Source: the human T2T-CHM13v2.0 reference genome, Homo sapiens. From it: DNA of 64,000 nt. Shown here one piece after another: positions 49,875-64,000 of this stretch (positions within the stretch are counted from its first letter, which is position 1; each line of letters begins with the position of its first letter). Where the stretch lies: assembly GCF_009914755.1 (NCBI RefSeq), contig NC_060932.1, one strand, 5' to 3'. The notes under the pieces were generated by a model that was not told the origin of the DNA, ran no database searches, and worked only from the letters and a program-made list of their open reading frames with translations. Position numbers and translations under genes: made by a program.

Positions 49875-51902
49875 CTAAGGACAGGCCAGGGCGGCGGGAG
49901 AGGCGGACCGGTGGCGTGGCTGGATCTGGGCGCGCTGTCGGACCTTCCACATCACCAGCTGCAGGCAGGCGTTTGCGTCCTCGCTGGAGTTGTGGCCGTC
50001 CTGGCTGTCCTGGATGATCTGTGCCAGGTAGTCGGCCGCGAGATTCCTGAGGGAGCGCTTGTAGGGGAAACCCAGGTAGTGCGGGAAGAGCACGGCCGTG
50101 TCCACCACGGTGCTGTGGATGAGCTTCAGGGCCAGCAGGTCGCTCTCCAGGCTGTGCCCGATGAGGATGGTTTGGGCGCTGAAAAAGCTCAGCAGGATGG
50201 CTTGGACTTGGGGCAACGTGATGCTCGTCTTGGCGACGTCGGCCTCGGTGACTCCGGAAAACCTGGTGTTGTAGTCCACGATCTCGTTGTCGGGCTTGAC
50301 GAAGGTGTCGTACACCACTCGCATGTCGGCGTCCACCACGGTGACGCGGGTCAGCTCTAGGCCATGCGTGGTGTAGCACATCTCACAGTCCAAGGCGTAG
50401 ATTCCTGGATAAGCGTCTCTGGACAACTCTTTCTTGAAGGTCTCCACGAAGCCATCGAGGCTCTCCTTGCGGCCGTCCCGCACGTGCTGCTTTGCCACCT
50501 GGCAGCCCACAGAGCCAGGAGCAGCTGCACAGCAGGTGTACTGGCTAACCCGGCCTCCAGCCACCTGGCTCGAGCGGACCCGCCCCCAGTGATAATAACA
50601 CAACTGGTCGCGTACACAGCGGCCCGAGGAGGACACCAGGTACTCGGTGCCACAACGGCAGCAGACCCTGCAGGAGTAGTCGCCGGGCCCCTTCCCCTGG
50701 CCAGTGAAGAGGACGGCGCCTCCGGGCCGCTCGGGGTGCGGGAAGGGGTAGCCGTTCTCCTTGAGCTGGTCCTGGGTGAGCAGGAACTCCTGGAGGCGGC
50801 TGTACAGGGCGGCCCTGCTGAGGCCGGGCATGGAGCTGGGGGTCAGGCCCTTCAGTCTCTTGAGGGTGTTCAGGACCACGTTCAGGTACCTGTTCTTGTT
50901 GGGGCTGCAGTCGTAGGCCACCTTCTCCTCGTTCAGCGCCTTCTCCTCGGCCTCCTGCTTGGAGGCGCAGAACTTGAGACACTCTTCGGTGAACAGTTGG
51001 AGATAGCCTCGGCGGAGGACGGTGGGGACTTGGCACCCAGAGCTTCGGAGGATAATGGGTTTCTTCAAACTCAAACTCGGTAAGGATGCACGACGGACGA
51101 TTCGCTTAGAGCTGGTGGTGGCGGTGGTCTTGCATGCCATCCCTGACCTGTTGCGCGTCTTCCCTGGCTGTCTGCCGACCTTGGAGCCACGGGAGCGTTG
51201 GCTGCTGCTGGCCACCCGGGTTCTCTTGGCATCTGTGTAACCTGTGACCAAGCAAGGGCTGGAAGAGTGGGCGATCGTCTTCCTCTTCCTGGGGGCTGAG
51301 ATGCGGACTCCCGAGGGCCTCTCTGTCAGCCTTGGGGCGGCTGGCAAGCGGCAGGCCGATCCCCTCTGCGCAGGGAAGTAGCACGACTCCGTCACCATCT
51401 TGGGCCACGCTGGGGGCACCGCCGGACCCCTGTTCTGGGGCTCCGCCTGGATGTCCACAAATGCTGAGGCCTGCTTGTGCATCTGGGGCACCCAGAGCCC
51501 GAAGCTCTGGGCAGGCTGATGAGAGGGCAGTGGGAATTCTGGAGCCTCGAGGGCCGCCTCCTCGGCCACCTTCTTAGCTTCTGGGTATCCAGGTGGGAAC
51601 CAGCAGGGAGCTGTGGCTCGCAACATCTTGCTGCCTTCGGGAGCACCGGCCGGGCTCTGCTCCGCTCCCAAATGGCGGCTTGCCTCCGGGGCCGCCTCCT
51701 TGGCCACCTTCTTAGCTTCTGGGTATCCAGGGCGGAACCAGCAGGGAGCTGTGGCTCGCAACATCTTGCTGCCTTCGGGAGCACCGGCCTGGCTCTGCTC
51801 CCCTCCCAAATGGCGGCTTGCCTCCAGGGCCGCCTCCTCGGCCACCTTCTTAGCTTCTGGGTATCCAGGGGGGAACCAGCAGGGAGCTGTGGCTCGCAAC
51901 AT
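49875..51902 (-). CDS. REXO1L1: REXO1L/GOR exonuclease retrogene, copy 5 (675 aa, S>Y variant)
   Basis: Intact ORF. GPGDSSC>GPGDYSC caused by the substitution at 50677. Confidence 0.88.
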   Translation of the reverse strand: MLRATAPCWFPPGYPEAKKVAEEAALEASRHLGGEQSQAGAPEGSKMLRATAPCWFRPGYPEAKKVAKEAAPEASRHLGAEQSPAGAPEGSKMLRATAPCWFPPGYPEAKKVAEEAALEAPEFPLPSHQPAQSFGLWVPQMHKQASAFVDIQAEPQNRGPAVPPAWPKMVTESCYFPAQRGSACRLPAAPRLTERPSGVRISAPRKRKTIAHSSSPCLVTGYTDAKRTRVASSSQRSRGSKVGRQPGKTRNRSGMACKTTATTSSKRIVRRASLPSLSLKKPIILRSSGCQVPTVLRRGYLQLFTEECLKFCASKQEAEEKALNEEKVAYDCSPNKNRYLNVVLNTLKRLKGLTPSSMPGLSRAALYSRLQEFLLTQDQLKENGYPFPHPERPGGAVLFTGQGKGPGDYSCRVCCRCGTEYLVSSSGRCVRDQLCYYHWGRVRSSQVAGGRVSQYTCCAAAPGSVGCQVAKQHVRDGRKESLDGFVETFKKELSRDAYPGIYALDCEMCYTTHGLELTRVTVVDADMRVVYDTFVKPDNEIVDYNTRFSGVTEADVAKTSITLPQVQAILLSFFSAQTILIGHSLESDLLALKLIHSTVVDTAVLFPHYLGFPYKRSLRNLAADYLAQIIQDSQDGHNSSEDANACLQLVMWKVRQRAQIQPRHRSASPAALACP

Positions 51903-51958
51903 CTTGCTGCCTTCGGGAGCACCGGCCTGGCTCTGCTCCTCTCCCAACTGGCGGCTTC

Positions 51959-52119
51959 AATGAGTGCTGCGGCCGCCACTTGTCGCCTTTATATAGGCAC
52001 AGGGCAGACTGGGTGGGACTTCTCCTTGATAGGTTGGTGCTTCAGTCCAATCACACTGAGCCTCATCTTCCACCAGACTCCAGCTTGGGAATGCCTCAGG
52101 GGGTGCGCTAATGGAATCA
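51959..52119 (-). promoter_or_regulatory. Putative REXO1L core promoter, copy 5
   Basis: Same motifs as copy 1. Confidence 0.68.
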
Positions 52120-52440
52120 ACTGGAACTCCCGGTTGCTAAACTTGGAGCTAGGTTGCTTTTCCTGAGTTAAGTAACTGTCCCTGCAGGGCAGTCCTATAA
52201 TGGCTACTGGAATTGGGCTACCTAGGATTAAATTAAGGTTCAGGGAGGTTGGTCAACTTGCTTGGGCCCACACAGCACCCCTTGGAGCCAGGACTGGGCC
52301 AGCAGTCTGCTGCATGCTGGAGGGCGGGATCCCTCTGGGGCTGCCTTTCCCTGCTCTGTGCACTCCGCCGCTGCGGGCAAATTGAGGACAGGAAGCGGAC
52401 CGCACCCACTTCTCTCCCAGGACTTGGGCAATGTTCAACA

Positions 52441-53329
52441 CAGGTGGTCTTCCAAAGGTTCATAGAAAATGCACATGGTGAAGAAACGATGCATGGATTT
52501 CCACTGGTGTGCACTAAAATAAACTTGTCCTAACTTCTGATAACCTTTCTGAACTAGATCTAGTTTGAGGCACTAAGAAGGATGAGACATCCACTGAAAA
52601 GGACTCCCGTCAGAGCAACATGAATTCCACGAAAATTGCAGCAAGAGGAAACATCAAATTTGTGGTGAAGCTTGGGTGGAAGATTGAAGAAATCATTGAC
52701 GTTTTAAGAAAAGCTTGTAAGGACACTACCCCGAAGAAATGAACTCTTTACGAATGTATAGCTTGTTTCAAGAAGAGGTGAGAAGATGTGGAAGATGAAT
52801 CCTGCAGTGGCTGTGAAAACCACTGTGCCCAGATGAGCTGCAGTTACGACGAGAGCTATCAGTGGAAATTTTAAACAGGAGGGATCACGATCCTGACGCA
52901 TCCCTCTGACAAATTGTAAGCGGAAGTTGGAACATGGCTTCACCAATATGATCTCGAAGGCAAAGCATCATGAAAGCGATGGCTACCAAGAGGTGGCAGT
53001 GGTCCAGTCAAAGGAAAAGGAGGCCAGTCAGGAGCCCACATCATGGCATCAGTGTTTTGGGACACTCAAGGCATTTTGCTTGTTGACTTTCTGAAAGGCC
53101 AAACATCTGCTTATTAGGAGAGTGTTCTGAGAAGCTTAGATAAAGCTTTGGTAGAAACATGCTGGGAAAGTCTCACTAGATCCTTGTTCACCACATCAAT
53201 GCTCTGCTCATTCCTCTCATCAAACAAGGGCAATTTTGTCAGTTTCAATGGGCAGTCCTTAGGAATTCACCTTACGGGCTGCTTTCATTCCTTCTAAATT
53301 CTTTTTGTTTCCTAATGATAAAAAGTCTC
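52441..53329 (+). mobile_element. HSMAR2 remnant, unit 5
   Basis: Copy of 3822-4710. Confidence 0.85.
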
Positions 53330-55767
53330 CTTGCCTTGCTTGGAAAGATGAGAGAAAGTCTCCTTGCCTTGTTTGGACAGATGAGAGATGAGATCCTCCT
53401 CTTCTCTCCCAGGACAGAATGGTGAGACTTGAGTTTCCTTTCTCCTCACTCTTCTCCTCCTTGAGGGAGCTGCTGTGCCGGACAGACCTGCCCCCGTGTC
53501 TAGACACTGGTAGACTCGTTTAAGTTCCTCACAGGCAATCCTCCATGGGGTCAAAGTGGAAGGACTTATTTCTTCAGGGCTCAGTAGTCCACATCCTGGC
53601 GCGCACCTTCACCAGCCCAGGGCGGGGTAGAGGAGGGTGAAAGGGCGTGGCTCAGAGCCCGCTTCTTCCGCTCGGGCGTATCCTGGGAGGAACCCTTGTC
53701 CGGTGAGCATGTCTTCGTCTCTACCAAATTCCCTAGTGGGACATTTCTGGCAGCCCTACTTGTTCAGCAGCTTACGGGGGTCAGGTGGACCTCTGCTAGT
53801 CACCAGCCTGAAGCCCTTTCTCCATTTCAGCTATTTTGGCAGTTGCCTAGGTGACTTTTGAACCTCATTATCCAGAACAGCAAACGGACGAGGGGTGAGA
53901 AGAGTGGCCGTCTGGGTTTGCAGCATAGTGCTGCCTTCTAGGAGTTGTGCAGTCTTCGATTGTGTGAAACTTCACCTGGCTGATTTGTGGCAATGCCTCC
54001 ACAAAATCGCTAAATTCAGTAGCTTTGGCCTTCCAAGATTCATTTACACAATGTTGAATGCTTTAAATGAATGAGCATGAAGAGTGCTGGGCTGGAAAGT
54101 GATGAGATGGGTGGTAGGGACTCCTCGGAGTAGAGGAGTAGAGTTTTACTATTATGACTAGGAGGCAAATAAAAAGAAGCTGAACGTGATCCATAATAAA
54201 AGAAGCACACACTCACAGAGCTCCATACCAACTACATTAAAATGGAAATCATGATATTTGGAAATACAACTTAATTGGAAATCATTAAGTAATCTCATCA
54301 ACCTTTTTACAGTGGGTGGCAGGGCTATGGAGGGAAAACAGCAATGGTTCTGGCACCTACTTAACTTGATTCCATTAAATTCACCCAACAGGCCTCCAGA
54401 GAACATATTACTGCTTTGATATTACAAAGGGAAAAACAGCTATGGCGTCTCTGAAAAGCACAACGTGCTAGGACTGGAATGACTTTAAAACCACACATAA
54501 ATTTCTGAGAGATTTTTGCCATAAGGTACCATCCACCTTACTGTAAACCACATCCTAAAATTGTCTGCAGTGCAAATGGATTATGTGCATCCAACAGGAA
54601 ACAGCATAGGTTGAGAAGCTGTTACTTAATAGCTTCATTGTCACCACGAGTGTAAAGTGTGGGGTCTCATCACTTTTGCACCCACGTTTTGCCTGTTGGT
54701 TTCTCCACACTGTCAGGAGCATTTGACCAACTCACTGTGGCTCAGGGTCCCTTACGCAGCCTGTTGGGGAAACCAGTGGGTATTGAAGACCTGCCTCTGG
54801 TGTGCCAGGAGGTTGTGCCTGCCGGCCACTCTGACTTGCGATCTTCCGCCTCAGTGTATGGCTTCCTACACCTGGGTAATTAACATAGCCAGCATGATAA
54901 GGAGGTCCTTTCATCACTATTGCCACTAGTCCTTCCGACTCCTGTGCCCTGTTTCTCCTTTATTGGAACCCAAGAACGAGTAAACATAGCATTTTCAAAC
55001 ATCCCGCCCCCTTCCCTGGTAACACCAATATTCCACCATCCTAATTCCCTCACAAGCATTCAGTCTCTCCACCCTGAGGTGGTGAAATCCCTGCAGGCAT
55101 TTATAAGTATACCTGGACAGAAGAAATACAAGATACCGTTCTATTAACTCAATATAGTGTTGCTAAGTTCGTACTTTTGCTTGGTTTATTTTATTTTATA
55201 AATAGGTATCACTCGCATGGTTCCAAATGCGATAGGCACAGAGAGTATATATGATGGAATTACATCCTCCTTCCCTGCACTCAGCAACCGAGATCTTCCC
55301 GCTACGGGCACTCAAAGGTTTCATTGTCTGAAATATCAGCCTAAACGTAGTTTATGTTTAGGAAGCAACAACCGTAAATAGGCCCACATCCAAACGGAGT
55401 GGATTTAGGTTTCACTTTTTCAAGGAAAAACCATCAAAGAATTTTTCCACATACTTATAAACCATCCCACGTATAGAATCCATTTTTACTGACACAAATT
55501 TAGTACCAATAAACGACTCTTCTTCTCAATTTGTTTTATTTAACAATAAGTCTTGAACGTCATTCCCAGTTAACATTTTGAAGAGTTTCCTCTCTTTCGT
55601 TCTGTTTTAGCTGCAAAGTATTCTTCCGTAAGGATGAACGTACTATAATTTATTAGCCAGCCACTTAGTGATGTACAATTAAGCAGTTTTAAATCTTTGA
55701 CTCTTGAAAATATTGTTTCTCACACATAAATATTTCTATAAAATAAATTAGTTGAATTAGAATTGTT

Positions 55768-56419
55768 GGAGTTCAAGACCAGCCTGGCCAACATGGTGAA
55801 ACCCCATCTCTACTAGAAACACAAAATTAGCCGGACATGCCGGTACATGCCTCTAATCTCAGGTGAGGCAGGAGAATCACTTCAACCTGGGAGGCAGAGG
55901 TTGTAGTGACTCGAAATCACGCCACTGCACTCCAGCCTGGGCGACGCGAGCGAAACTCTGTCTCAAAAAACCAAAAAAAATTAAACATAAAAAGAAAAGC
56001 GGTACATATACCCAATAGAACACAATTCAGCCTTAAAAAAGAAAGAAATCATCTCATTGGCAACACGAATGAGCCTAGAGGATGGTACACTGAGTGAAAG
56101 AAAGCAAAGGCCAGGCACGGTGGCTCATGCCTGTAATCCCAGTACTTTGGGAGGCCAAGGCAGGTGGAAGCGTTGAGCCCAGGAGTTGGAGATGAACCTG
56201 GGCAACATGGTGAAACCCCATCTCTAAAAGAAACACAAAAATTAGCCAAGTGTGGCGTTGGAAGCCTGTAGTCCTAGCTATTCAGGAGGCTGAAGCGGGA
56301 GGAACTCTCGACCCCGGGAGGTGGAGGCCGTGGTGAGTGAGCCGTGTTTGTGTCACTGTACTCCAGCCTGGGTGACAGACTGAGACCCTGTCTCAAAAAA
56401 TAAATAATTACATAATAAA
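55768..56419 (+). mobile_element. Alu pair, unit 5
   Basis: Copy of 7149-7800. Confidence 0.9.
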
Positions 56420-57827
56420 GATTTAAAAAGCAAGCACAAAAAGACAAATACTGCATGATCTCACTTATATGTGCAATCTCAAACAATGCAACTCATAGCT
56501 GTAGAGAGCAGAACGGTGGTTACCCGAGGCAGGGGTCAGGGAGGGACTGGAGAGATGATAGTCTCATGATACAAAATTTCAGAGAGGAATGGTTCTAGAG
56601 ATCTATTGAACAGCCTGGCATCTACAGTGTATAAGTATGTATTGTATACTTGAAAATTGCTATAAGAGTAGATTTTAGACATGTCCTCATCACATTAAAA
56701 TCAGTATGTGAGGAAACGAGTGTGTTAATTAGCTTGATTTTGTCATTCCACAATGTATACACATATGAAACATCATGTTGTATGCCATAAATATATATAA
56801 TTTTTATTTGTCAAGTTAAAATTAAAATTCATATAAATTATAAAAATAAAATGAAACAACATACACTACAAAAGACTTTTATTTATTAAATCCCCACAGA
56901 AGGGGTCAGAGTGATAAAGGAAAATAAAATTCCGGGAACGGTAAAATCAATCAGAAATGCCCTACTTCAGTGCTTTCGAAATTTGTCTGACAGAGTGGAA
57001 ATCCAGTTTTTCACTAAGTCACTGTTCTGGAACAGTTTGTGTGTGTGTATGTATGTGTGTGAGGGCTCACATACACAAATTGAACTAATGGAAGTGTAAG
57101 CATTCAAATTATCAGTTTAATTTAGTTCTATACATATACACACACACACACTCACACACCGAAAACATTGATAAAATCAGCCATTCCAGCAAAACTAGCT
57201 ACTTAGTGTCTATCTCTCCTTGAAGATTCAAACTAGAAATGAGGATTTAGAGAGGCATGATGGTTCGTTCTCTCTTGGAGCCCAGTTCGAAGTTGACTGA
57301 CTGATTCAGTCATTGTAATTGGTTGGTCTTGGGGAAGAATCCACTTTGACTCTTGGGAAGTCAGCTAGGTCAGCGGACAGAGCAGGGGCTCTGGAGCCAG
57401 ACTGCCTGCACCCGACTTCTAGCTATGATACCTTGGAAAAACTACTTATCACCTGGACTTCAGGTTCCTCATCTGTAAAATGGGGATAAGAATGCTATCT
57501 CTCTCACAACTGTTAGGAGGACTGACTGGGTTAATACGTGCAAAGTACCAAGTACATAAGAAACCAACAGCCAGTGCTCATTACAATCATTATTATTTTG
57601 GGCAAGTTAAGCCGCATGGTTTCTTTAGGTATAAAATTAGGCTTTATTTACCTACCTGTTGGGTTGTTCCAAGGATTAATCACATAGTGTTCATGAATTC
57701 CCTTTATAAACTATTATAGAAAAGAAATATAGTTAACATTAATTGAACACCTACTATGTGCGATCGTTTTAAGGCTTGCCATGTGCTGCTTCATTCAGTC
57801 CGCACCATGACATTAGGATCACACTTT

Positions 57828-60800
57828 CGTTTTCCATTTTTTTTTAAATTATACTTTAATTACTAGGGCACATGTGCACAACGTGCAGGTTTATTACGTA
57901 TGTAAGCACGTGCCATGTTGGTGTGCTGCACCCATTCACTAGTCATTTACATTAGGTATATCTCTTAATGTTATCCCTCCCCCTCCCCCCGCCCATGACA
58001 GGCCCCGGTGTGTGATGTTCCCCTTTCTGCGTCCAAGTGTTCTCCTAGTTCAATTCCCACCTATGAGTGGGATCACGCGGTGTTTGGTTTTTTTGTCTTT
58101 GCGATAGTTTGCTAAGAATGATGGTTTCCAGCTTCATCCGTGTCCCTCCGAAGGGCATGAACACATGCTTTTTTATGGCTGCATAGTATTCCACGGTGTA
58201 TTTGTGCCACGTTTCCTTAATCCAGTCTATCATTGATGGACATCTGGGCTGGTTCCAAGTCTTTGCTACTGTGAACGGTGCCGCAATAAACATGCGTCTG
58301 CGTGTGTCCTTTTAGCAGCATGATTTATAGTCCTATGGGTGTATACCCAGTAATGGGACGGCTGGGTCAAATGGTATTTCTAATTCTAGATCCTTGAGGA
58401 TTCGCCACACTATCTTCCACAACCGCTGAACTGGTTTACAGTCCCACCAGCAGTGTAAAAGTGTTCCTATTTCTCCACTACCTCTCCAGCACCTGTTGTT
58501 TCCTGACTTTTTTATTGATCGCTATTCTAACTGGTGTGAGACGATATCTCTTTGCGGATTTGATTTGCATTTCTCTGATGACCAGTGTTGATGGGCATTT
58601 TTTCATGTGTCTGTTGGCTGCATAAATGTCTTCTTTTTAGAAGTGTCTCTTCATATCCTTCCCGCACTTGTTGATGGGGTTGTTTGGTTTTTCTTGTAAC
58701 TCTGTTTGAGTTCTTAGTAGATTCTGGATATTAGCCCTTTGTCAGATGAGTAGATTGCAAAAATTTTCTCCCTTTCTGTAGCATGCCTGTTCACTCTGAT
58801 GGGAGTTTCTTTAGCTGTGCAGAAACTCTTTAGTGTAATTAGATGCCGTTTGTCAATATTGGCTTTTGTTGCCTTTGCTTTTGGCGTTTTAGACATGAGG
58901 TCCTTGCCCATGCCTGTGTCCTGAATGGTATTGCCTAGGTTTTCTCCTAGGGTTTGTATGGCTTAAGATGTAACATTTAAGTCTTTCATCCGTCTTGAAT
59001 AAACTTTTGCATAAGGTGTAAGGAAGGGATCCAATTTCACCTTCGGACATATGGCTAGCCAGTTTTCCCAGCACCATTTATTAAATAGGGAATCCTTTCC
59101 CCATTTCTTGTTTTTGTCAGGTTTGTCAAAGATCCGACGGTTGTAGATGTGTCGTATTATTTCTGAGGGCTCTATTCTGTTCCATTGGTCTACAGTAACC
59201 AAAAAGGCAACCAACAGCATGCTGTTTGGTTACTGTAGGCTTGTAGTGTAGTTTGAAGTCGGGTAGCTTGATGCCTCCACCTTTGTTCTTTTGGCTTAGG
59301 ATTATCTTGGCAGTGGGGGCCCTTTTGTGGTTCCATGTAAACTTTCAAGTAGTTTTTTCCAATTCTGTGAAGAAAGTCCTTGGTAGCTTGATGGGGATGG
59401 CATTGGATCTATAATATACCTTGGGCAGTATGGCCATTTTCACGATACTGATTCTTCCTAACCGTGAGCATGGAATATTCTTCCATTGGTTTGTGTCCTC
59501 TTTTATTTCGTGGAGCAGTGGTTTGTAGTTCTCCTTGAAGAGGTCCTTCGCACATCGCATCCCTTGTTAGTTGGATTCCTCAGTATTTTATTCTCTTTGA
59601 AGCAATTGTGAATGGGAGCTCAGTCATGATTTGGCTCTCTGTTTGCCTGTTATTGGTGTATGAGAATGCTTGTGTTTTTTGCACATCGATTTTGTATCCT
59701 GAGACTTTGCTGAAGTTGCTTATCAGCTTAAGGAGATTTTGGGCTGAGACGCTGGGGTTTTCTAAATATTCAATCATGTCATCTACAAACAGGGACAATT
59801 TGACTTCCTCTTTTCCTAATTGATTACTCTTTATTTCTTTCTCCTGCCTGATTGCCCTGGCCAGAAGTTCCAACACCATGTTGAATAGGAGTGGTGAGAG
59901 AGGGCACCCCTGTCTTGTGGCAGTTTGCAAAGGGAATGCTTCCACTTTTTGCCCATTCAGTATAATATTGGCTGTGGGTTTGCCCTAAATAGCCCTTATT
60001 ATTTTGAGGTATGTCCCATCAGTACCTAATTTATTGAGAGTTTTTGGCATGAAAGGCTGTTGAATTTTGTCAAAGGCCTTTTCTGCATCTGTTGAGATAA
60101 TCACGCGGTTTCTGTCTTTGGTTCCGATTATATGCTGGATTATGTTTATTGATTTGCATATGTTGGACCAGCCTTGCATGTCAGGGATGAAGCCCACTTG
60201 ATCATAATGGATAAGCTCTTTGATGTGCTGCTGGATTCGGTTTGCCAGCATTTTATGGAGGATTTTTTCATCGGTGTTCCTCAGGGATATGGGCCGAAAA
60301 TTCTCTTTGTTGGTTGTGTCTCTCTCAGCCTTTGGGATCAGGATGATGCTGGCCTCATAAAATGAGATAGGGAGGATTCCCTCTTTTTCTGTTGATTGGA
60401 ATAGTTTCCGAAGGAATGGTACCAGCTCCTCCTTGTACTTCTGGTAGAATTCGGCTGTGAATCCGTCTGGTCCTGGAGTTTTATTGCTTGATAGGCTATT
60501 AATTATTGCCTCAATTTCAGAGCCTGTTATTGGTCTATTCAGGCATTCAACTTCTTCCTGGTTTACTCTGGGGAGGTTGCATGTGTCCAGGAATTTATTC
60601 ATTTCTTCTAGATTTCCGAGTTTGTTTGCCTAGAGGTGTTGACAGTATTCTCTCATGGTAGTTTGTACTTCTGTGGGATCAGTGGTGATATCCCCTTTAT
60701 CATTTTTTATTGCATCTGCTTGATTCTTCTTCCTTTCATTCTTTAATAGTCTTGCTAGTGGTCTATCAATTTTGTTGATGGTTTCAAAAAACCCGCTCCT

Positions 60801-61499
60801 GGATTCATTGATTTTTTGAAGGGTTTTTTGGGTCTCTATCTCCTTCAGTTCTGCTCGGATCTTAGTTATTTCTTGCCTTCTGCTAGCTTTTGAATGTGTT
60901 TGCTCTTGCTTCTCTCATCCTTTTAATGGTGATGTTAGGGTATGCATTTTTGATCTTTCCTGCTTTCCCTTGTGGGCATTTAGTGCTATAAATTTCCCTC
61001 TACACACTGCTTTAAATGTGTCCCAGAGATTCTGGTATGTTGTGTCTTTGTTCTCATTGCTTTCAGAGAATATCTTTATTTCTGCCTTCATTTCGTTATG
61101 TACCCAGTACTCATTCAGGAGCAGCTTGTCCGGTTTCCATGCAGTTGTGCGGTTTTGAGTGAGTTTCTCAATCCTGAGGTCTAGTGTGATTGCAATGTGG
61201 TCTGAGAGACCGTTTGTAATAATTTCTGTAATTTTACTTTTACTGAGGAGTGCTTTACTTCCAACTATGTGGTCAATGTGGAAATAAGTGTGATGTGGTG
61301 CTGAGAAGAATGTATATTCTGTTGATTTGGGGTGGAGCGTTCTGTACATGTCTCCTAGGTCCGCTTGGTGCAGAGCTGAGCTCAATTCCCGGATATCCTT
61401 TTTTAACTTTCTGTCTCGTTGGTGTGTCTAATGTTGACAGTGGGGTGTTAAGTTTGCCATTATTATTATTATTACTATGTGGGAGTCTAAGTCTCTTTT
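57828..61499 (-). mobile_element. 5'-truncated L1PA, unit 5
   Basis: Same element and same TSD. Confidence 0.95.
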
Positions 61500-62063
61500 G
61501 ATCACACTTTAAAGACCAAAAGGTAGAAGCGCAAAGACGTTATCTGTCCAATATTACAAACCTAGTAAGTGGTGGAATTTGGCCTTGAACCCAGATCTGT
61601 AACTCCAGAGCCGAAGTGCTTCACCCACCTCCCTGTGGTGCCTCTACAGAAAAAGAGGTAAGCAGGCATTCCGAAAGCTGGTGGGCCGGGGGGCTGGCCT
61701 TGTACTCAGAAGCCATGGAAGTCCCACGTGGGGTGGCTAGTGGTGTAAGGACAGAGGTCTCGGATGGGCAGAGGGATGTGGACAGGCGCGAGGGCGCGCG
61801 GCAGGGACTCGGGGGACTGGGAGTGGCGGCTCGGGGCTGCGGGAGGCGATTGGTGGAAGGACAGAGGTCTGGGAGGGGCAGAGGGATGTGGACAGGCCCG
61901 AGGGGCCGCGGCAGGGATTCCGGGGGACCGGGAGTGGGGGGTTGGGGTTACTCTTGGCTTTTTGCCCTCTCCTGCCGCCGGCTGCTCCAGTTTCTTTCGC
62001 TTTGCGGCGAGGTGGGCAGGGTGAGCTCTCGGGACTGATGGCGGTTTTGGAAGAGGCCTGGGG

Positions 62064-64000
62064 CTAAGGACAGGCCAGGGCGGCGGGAGAGGCGGACCGG
62101 TGGCGTGGCTGGATCTGGGCGCGCTGTCGGACCTTCCACATCACCAGCTGCAGGCAGGCGTTTGCGTCCTCGCTGGAGTTGTGGCCGTCCTGGCTGTCCT
62201 GGATGATCTGTGCCAGGTAGTCGGCCGCGAGATTCCTGAGGGAGCGCTTGTAGGGGAAACCCAGGTAGTGCGGGAAGAGCACGGCCGTGTCCACCACGGT
62301 GCTGTGGATGAGCTTCAGGGCCAGCAGGTCGCTCTCCAGGCTGTGCCCGATGAGGATGGTTTGGGCGCTGAAAAAGCTCAGCAGGATGGCTTGGACTTGG
62401 GGCAACGTGATGCTCGTCTTGGCGACGTCGGCCTCGGTGACTCCGGAAAACCTGGTGTTGTAGTCCACGATCTCGTTGTCGGGCTTGACGAAGGTGTCGT
62501 ACACCACTCGCATGTCGGCGTCCACCACGGTGACGCGGGTCAGCTCTAGGCCATGCGTGGTGTAGCACATCTCACAGTCCAAGGCGTAGATTCCTGGATA
62601 AGCGTCTCTGGACAACTCTTTCTTGAAGGTCTCCACGAAGCCATCGAGGCTCTCCTTGCGGCCGTCCCGCACGTGCTGCTTTGCCACCTGGCAGCCCACA
62701 GAGCCAGGAGCAGCTGCACAGCAGGTGTACTGGCTAACCCGGCCTCCAGCCACCTGGCTCGAGCGGACCCGCCCCCAGTGATAATAACACAACTGGTCGC
62801 GTACACAGCGGCCCGAGGAGGACACCAGGTACTCGGTGCCACAACGGCAGCAGACCCTGCAGGAGGAGTCGCCGGGCCCCTTCCCCTGGCCAGTGAAGAG
62901 GACGGCGCCTCCGGGCCGCTCGGGGTGCGGGAAGGGGTAGCCGTTCTCCTTGAGCTGGTCCTGGGTGAGCAGGAACTCCTGGAGGCGGCTGTACAGGGCG
63001 GCCCTGCTGAGGCCGGGCATGGAGCTGGGGGTCAGGCCCTTCAGTCTCTTGAGGGTGTTCAGGACCACGTTCAGGTACCTGTTCTTGTTGGGGCTGCAGT
63101 CGTAGGCCACCTTCTCCTCGTTCAGCGCCTTCTCCTCGGCCTCCTGCTTGGAGGCGCAGAACTTGAGACACTCTTCGGTGAACAGTTGGAGATAGCCTCG
63201 GCGGAGGACGGTGGGGACTTGGCACCCAGAGCTTCGGAGGATAATGGGTTTCTTCAAACTCAAACTCGGTAAGGATGCACGACGGACGATTCGCTTAGAG
63301 CTGGTGGTGGCGGTGGTCTTGCATGCCATCCCTGACCTGTTGCGCGTCTTCCCTGGCTGTCTGCCGACCTTGGAGCCACGGGAGCGTTGGCTGCTGCTGG
63401 CCACCCGGGTTCTCTTGGCATCTGTGTAACCTGTGACCAAGCAAGGGCTGGAAGAGTGGGCGATCGTCTTCCTCTTCCTGGGGGCTGAGATGCGGACTCC
63501 CGAGGGCCTCTCTGTCAGCCTTGGGGCGGCTGGCAAGCGGCAGGCCGATCCCCTCTGCGCAGGGAAGTAGCACGACTCCGTCACCATCTTGGGCCACGCT
63601 GGGGGCACCGCCGGACCCCTGTTCTGGGGCTCCGCCTGGATGTCCACAAATGCTGAGGCCTGCTTGTGCATCTGGGGCACCCAGAGCCCGAAGCTCTGGG
63701 CAGGCTGATGAGAGGGCAGTGGGAATTCTGGAGCCTCGAGGGCCGCCTCCTCGGCCACCTTCTTAGCTTCTGGGTATCCAGGTGGGAACCAGCAGGGAGC
63801 TGTGGCTCGCAACATCTTGCTGCCTTCGGGAGCACCGGCCGGGCTCTGCTCCGCTCCCAAATGGCGGCTTGCCTCCGGGGCCGCCTCCTTGGCCACCTTC
63901 TTAGCTTCTGGGTATCCAGGGCGGAACCAGCAGGGAGCTGTGGCTCGCAACATCTTGCTGCCTTCGGGAGCACCGGCCTGGCTCTGCTCCCCTCCCAAAT
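62064..64000 (-). CDS. REXO1L1: REXO1L/GOR exonuclease retrogene, copy 6 (5' end beyond window)
   Basis: ORF is open to the window edge. The terminal 'cccctcccaaat' signature indicates another 138-bp unit follows. Confidence 0.85.
   Translation of the reverse strand, partial: LGGEQSQAGAPEGSKMLRATAPCWFRPGYPEAKKVAKEAAPEASRHLGAEQSPAGAPEGSKMLRATAPCWFPPGYPEAKKVAEEAALEAPEFPLPSHQPAQSFGLWVPQMHKQASAFVDIQAEPQNRGPAVPPAWPKMVTESCYFPAQRGSACRLPAAPRLTERPSGVRISAPRKRKTIAHSSSPCLVTGYTDAKRTRVASSSQRSRGSKVGRQPGKTRNRSGMACKTTATTSSKRIVRRASLPSLSLKKPIILRSSGCQVPTVLRRGYLQLFTEECLKFCASKQEAEEKALNEEKVAYDCSPNKNRYLNVVLNTLKRLKGLTPSSMPGLSRAALYSRLQEFLLTQDQLKENGYPFPHPERPGGAVLFTGQGKGPGDSSCRVCCRCGTEYLVSSSGRCVRDQLCYYHWGRVRSSQVAGGRVSQYTCCAAAPGSVGCQVAKQHVRDGRKESLDGFVETFKKELSRDAYPGIYALDCEMCYTTHGLELTRVTVVDADMRVVYDTFVKPDNEIVDYNTRFSGVTEADVAKTSITLPQVQAILLSFFSAQTILIGHSLESDLLALKLIHSTVVDTAVLFPHYLGFPYKRSLRNLAADYLAQIIQDSQDGHNSSEDANACLQLVMWKVRQRAQIQPRHRSASPAALACP

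Noticed and set aside
62064-63998. Copy 6 as a second 644-aa short allele
   Set aside because: Window-edge truncation. The GGEQ / cccctcccaaat signature shows another repeat unit follows.

Overview
Primate (most likely human) DNA made entirely of a head-to-tail ~12.19-kb macrosatellite, about 5.25 units. Unit offsets are approximately 0, +12190, +24378 (+24240 after a 138-bp deletion), +36430, +48619 and +60808. I recognise it as the REXO1L1/GOR array (human 8q21.2). Each unit carries an intronless minus-strand REXO1-derived DEDDh exonuclease retrogene (675 aa from the first ATG; 629 aa in copy 3) in a CpG island, with a TATA/Inr/GT-box/CCAAT promoter. The spacer holds a decayed HSMAR2 mariner, MIRs, two Alus, old L1M fragments and a 3.67-kb 5'-truncated L1PA with an 11-bp TSD inside a MIR. 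Main observations: (1) two exact DUX4-consensus sites per unit, one just upstream of the promoter, suggesting a DUX4/zygotic-genome-activation-responsive nuclease array; (2) all catalytic residues are intact and the CDS is almost invariant while spacers vary; (3) a 108-codon open in-frame extension with the GOR epitope lies behind a TAG shared by all copies; (4) a 138-bp repeat duplicates the start codon and varies in copy number; (5) there are patchwork gene-conversion tracts, extra CpGs in old TEs, and a template-switch palindrome in the L1. TE subfamily calls come from remembered consensus sequences and their ends are approximate.
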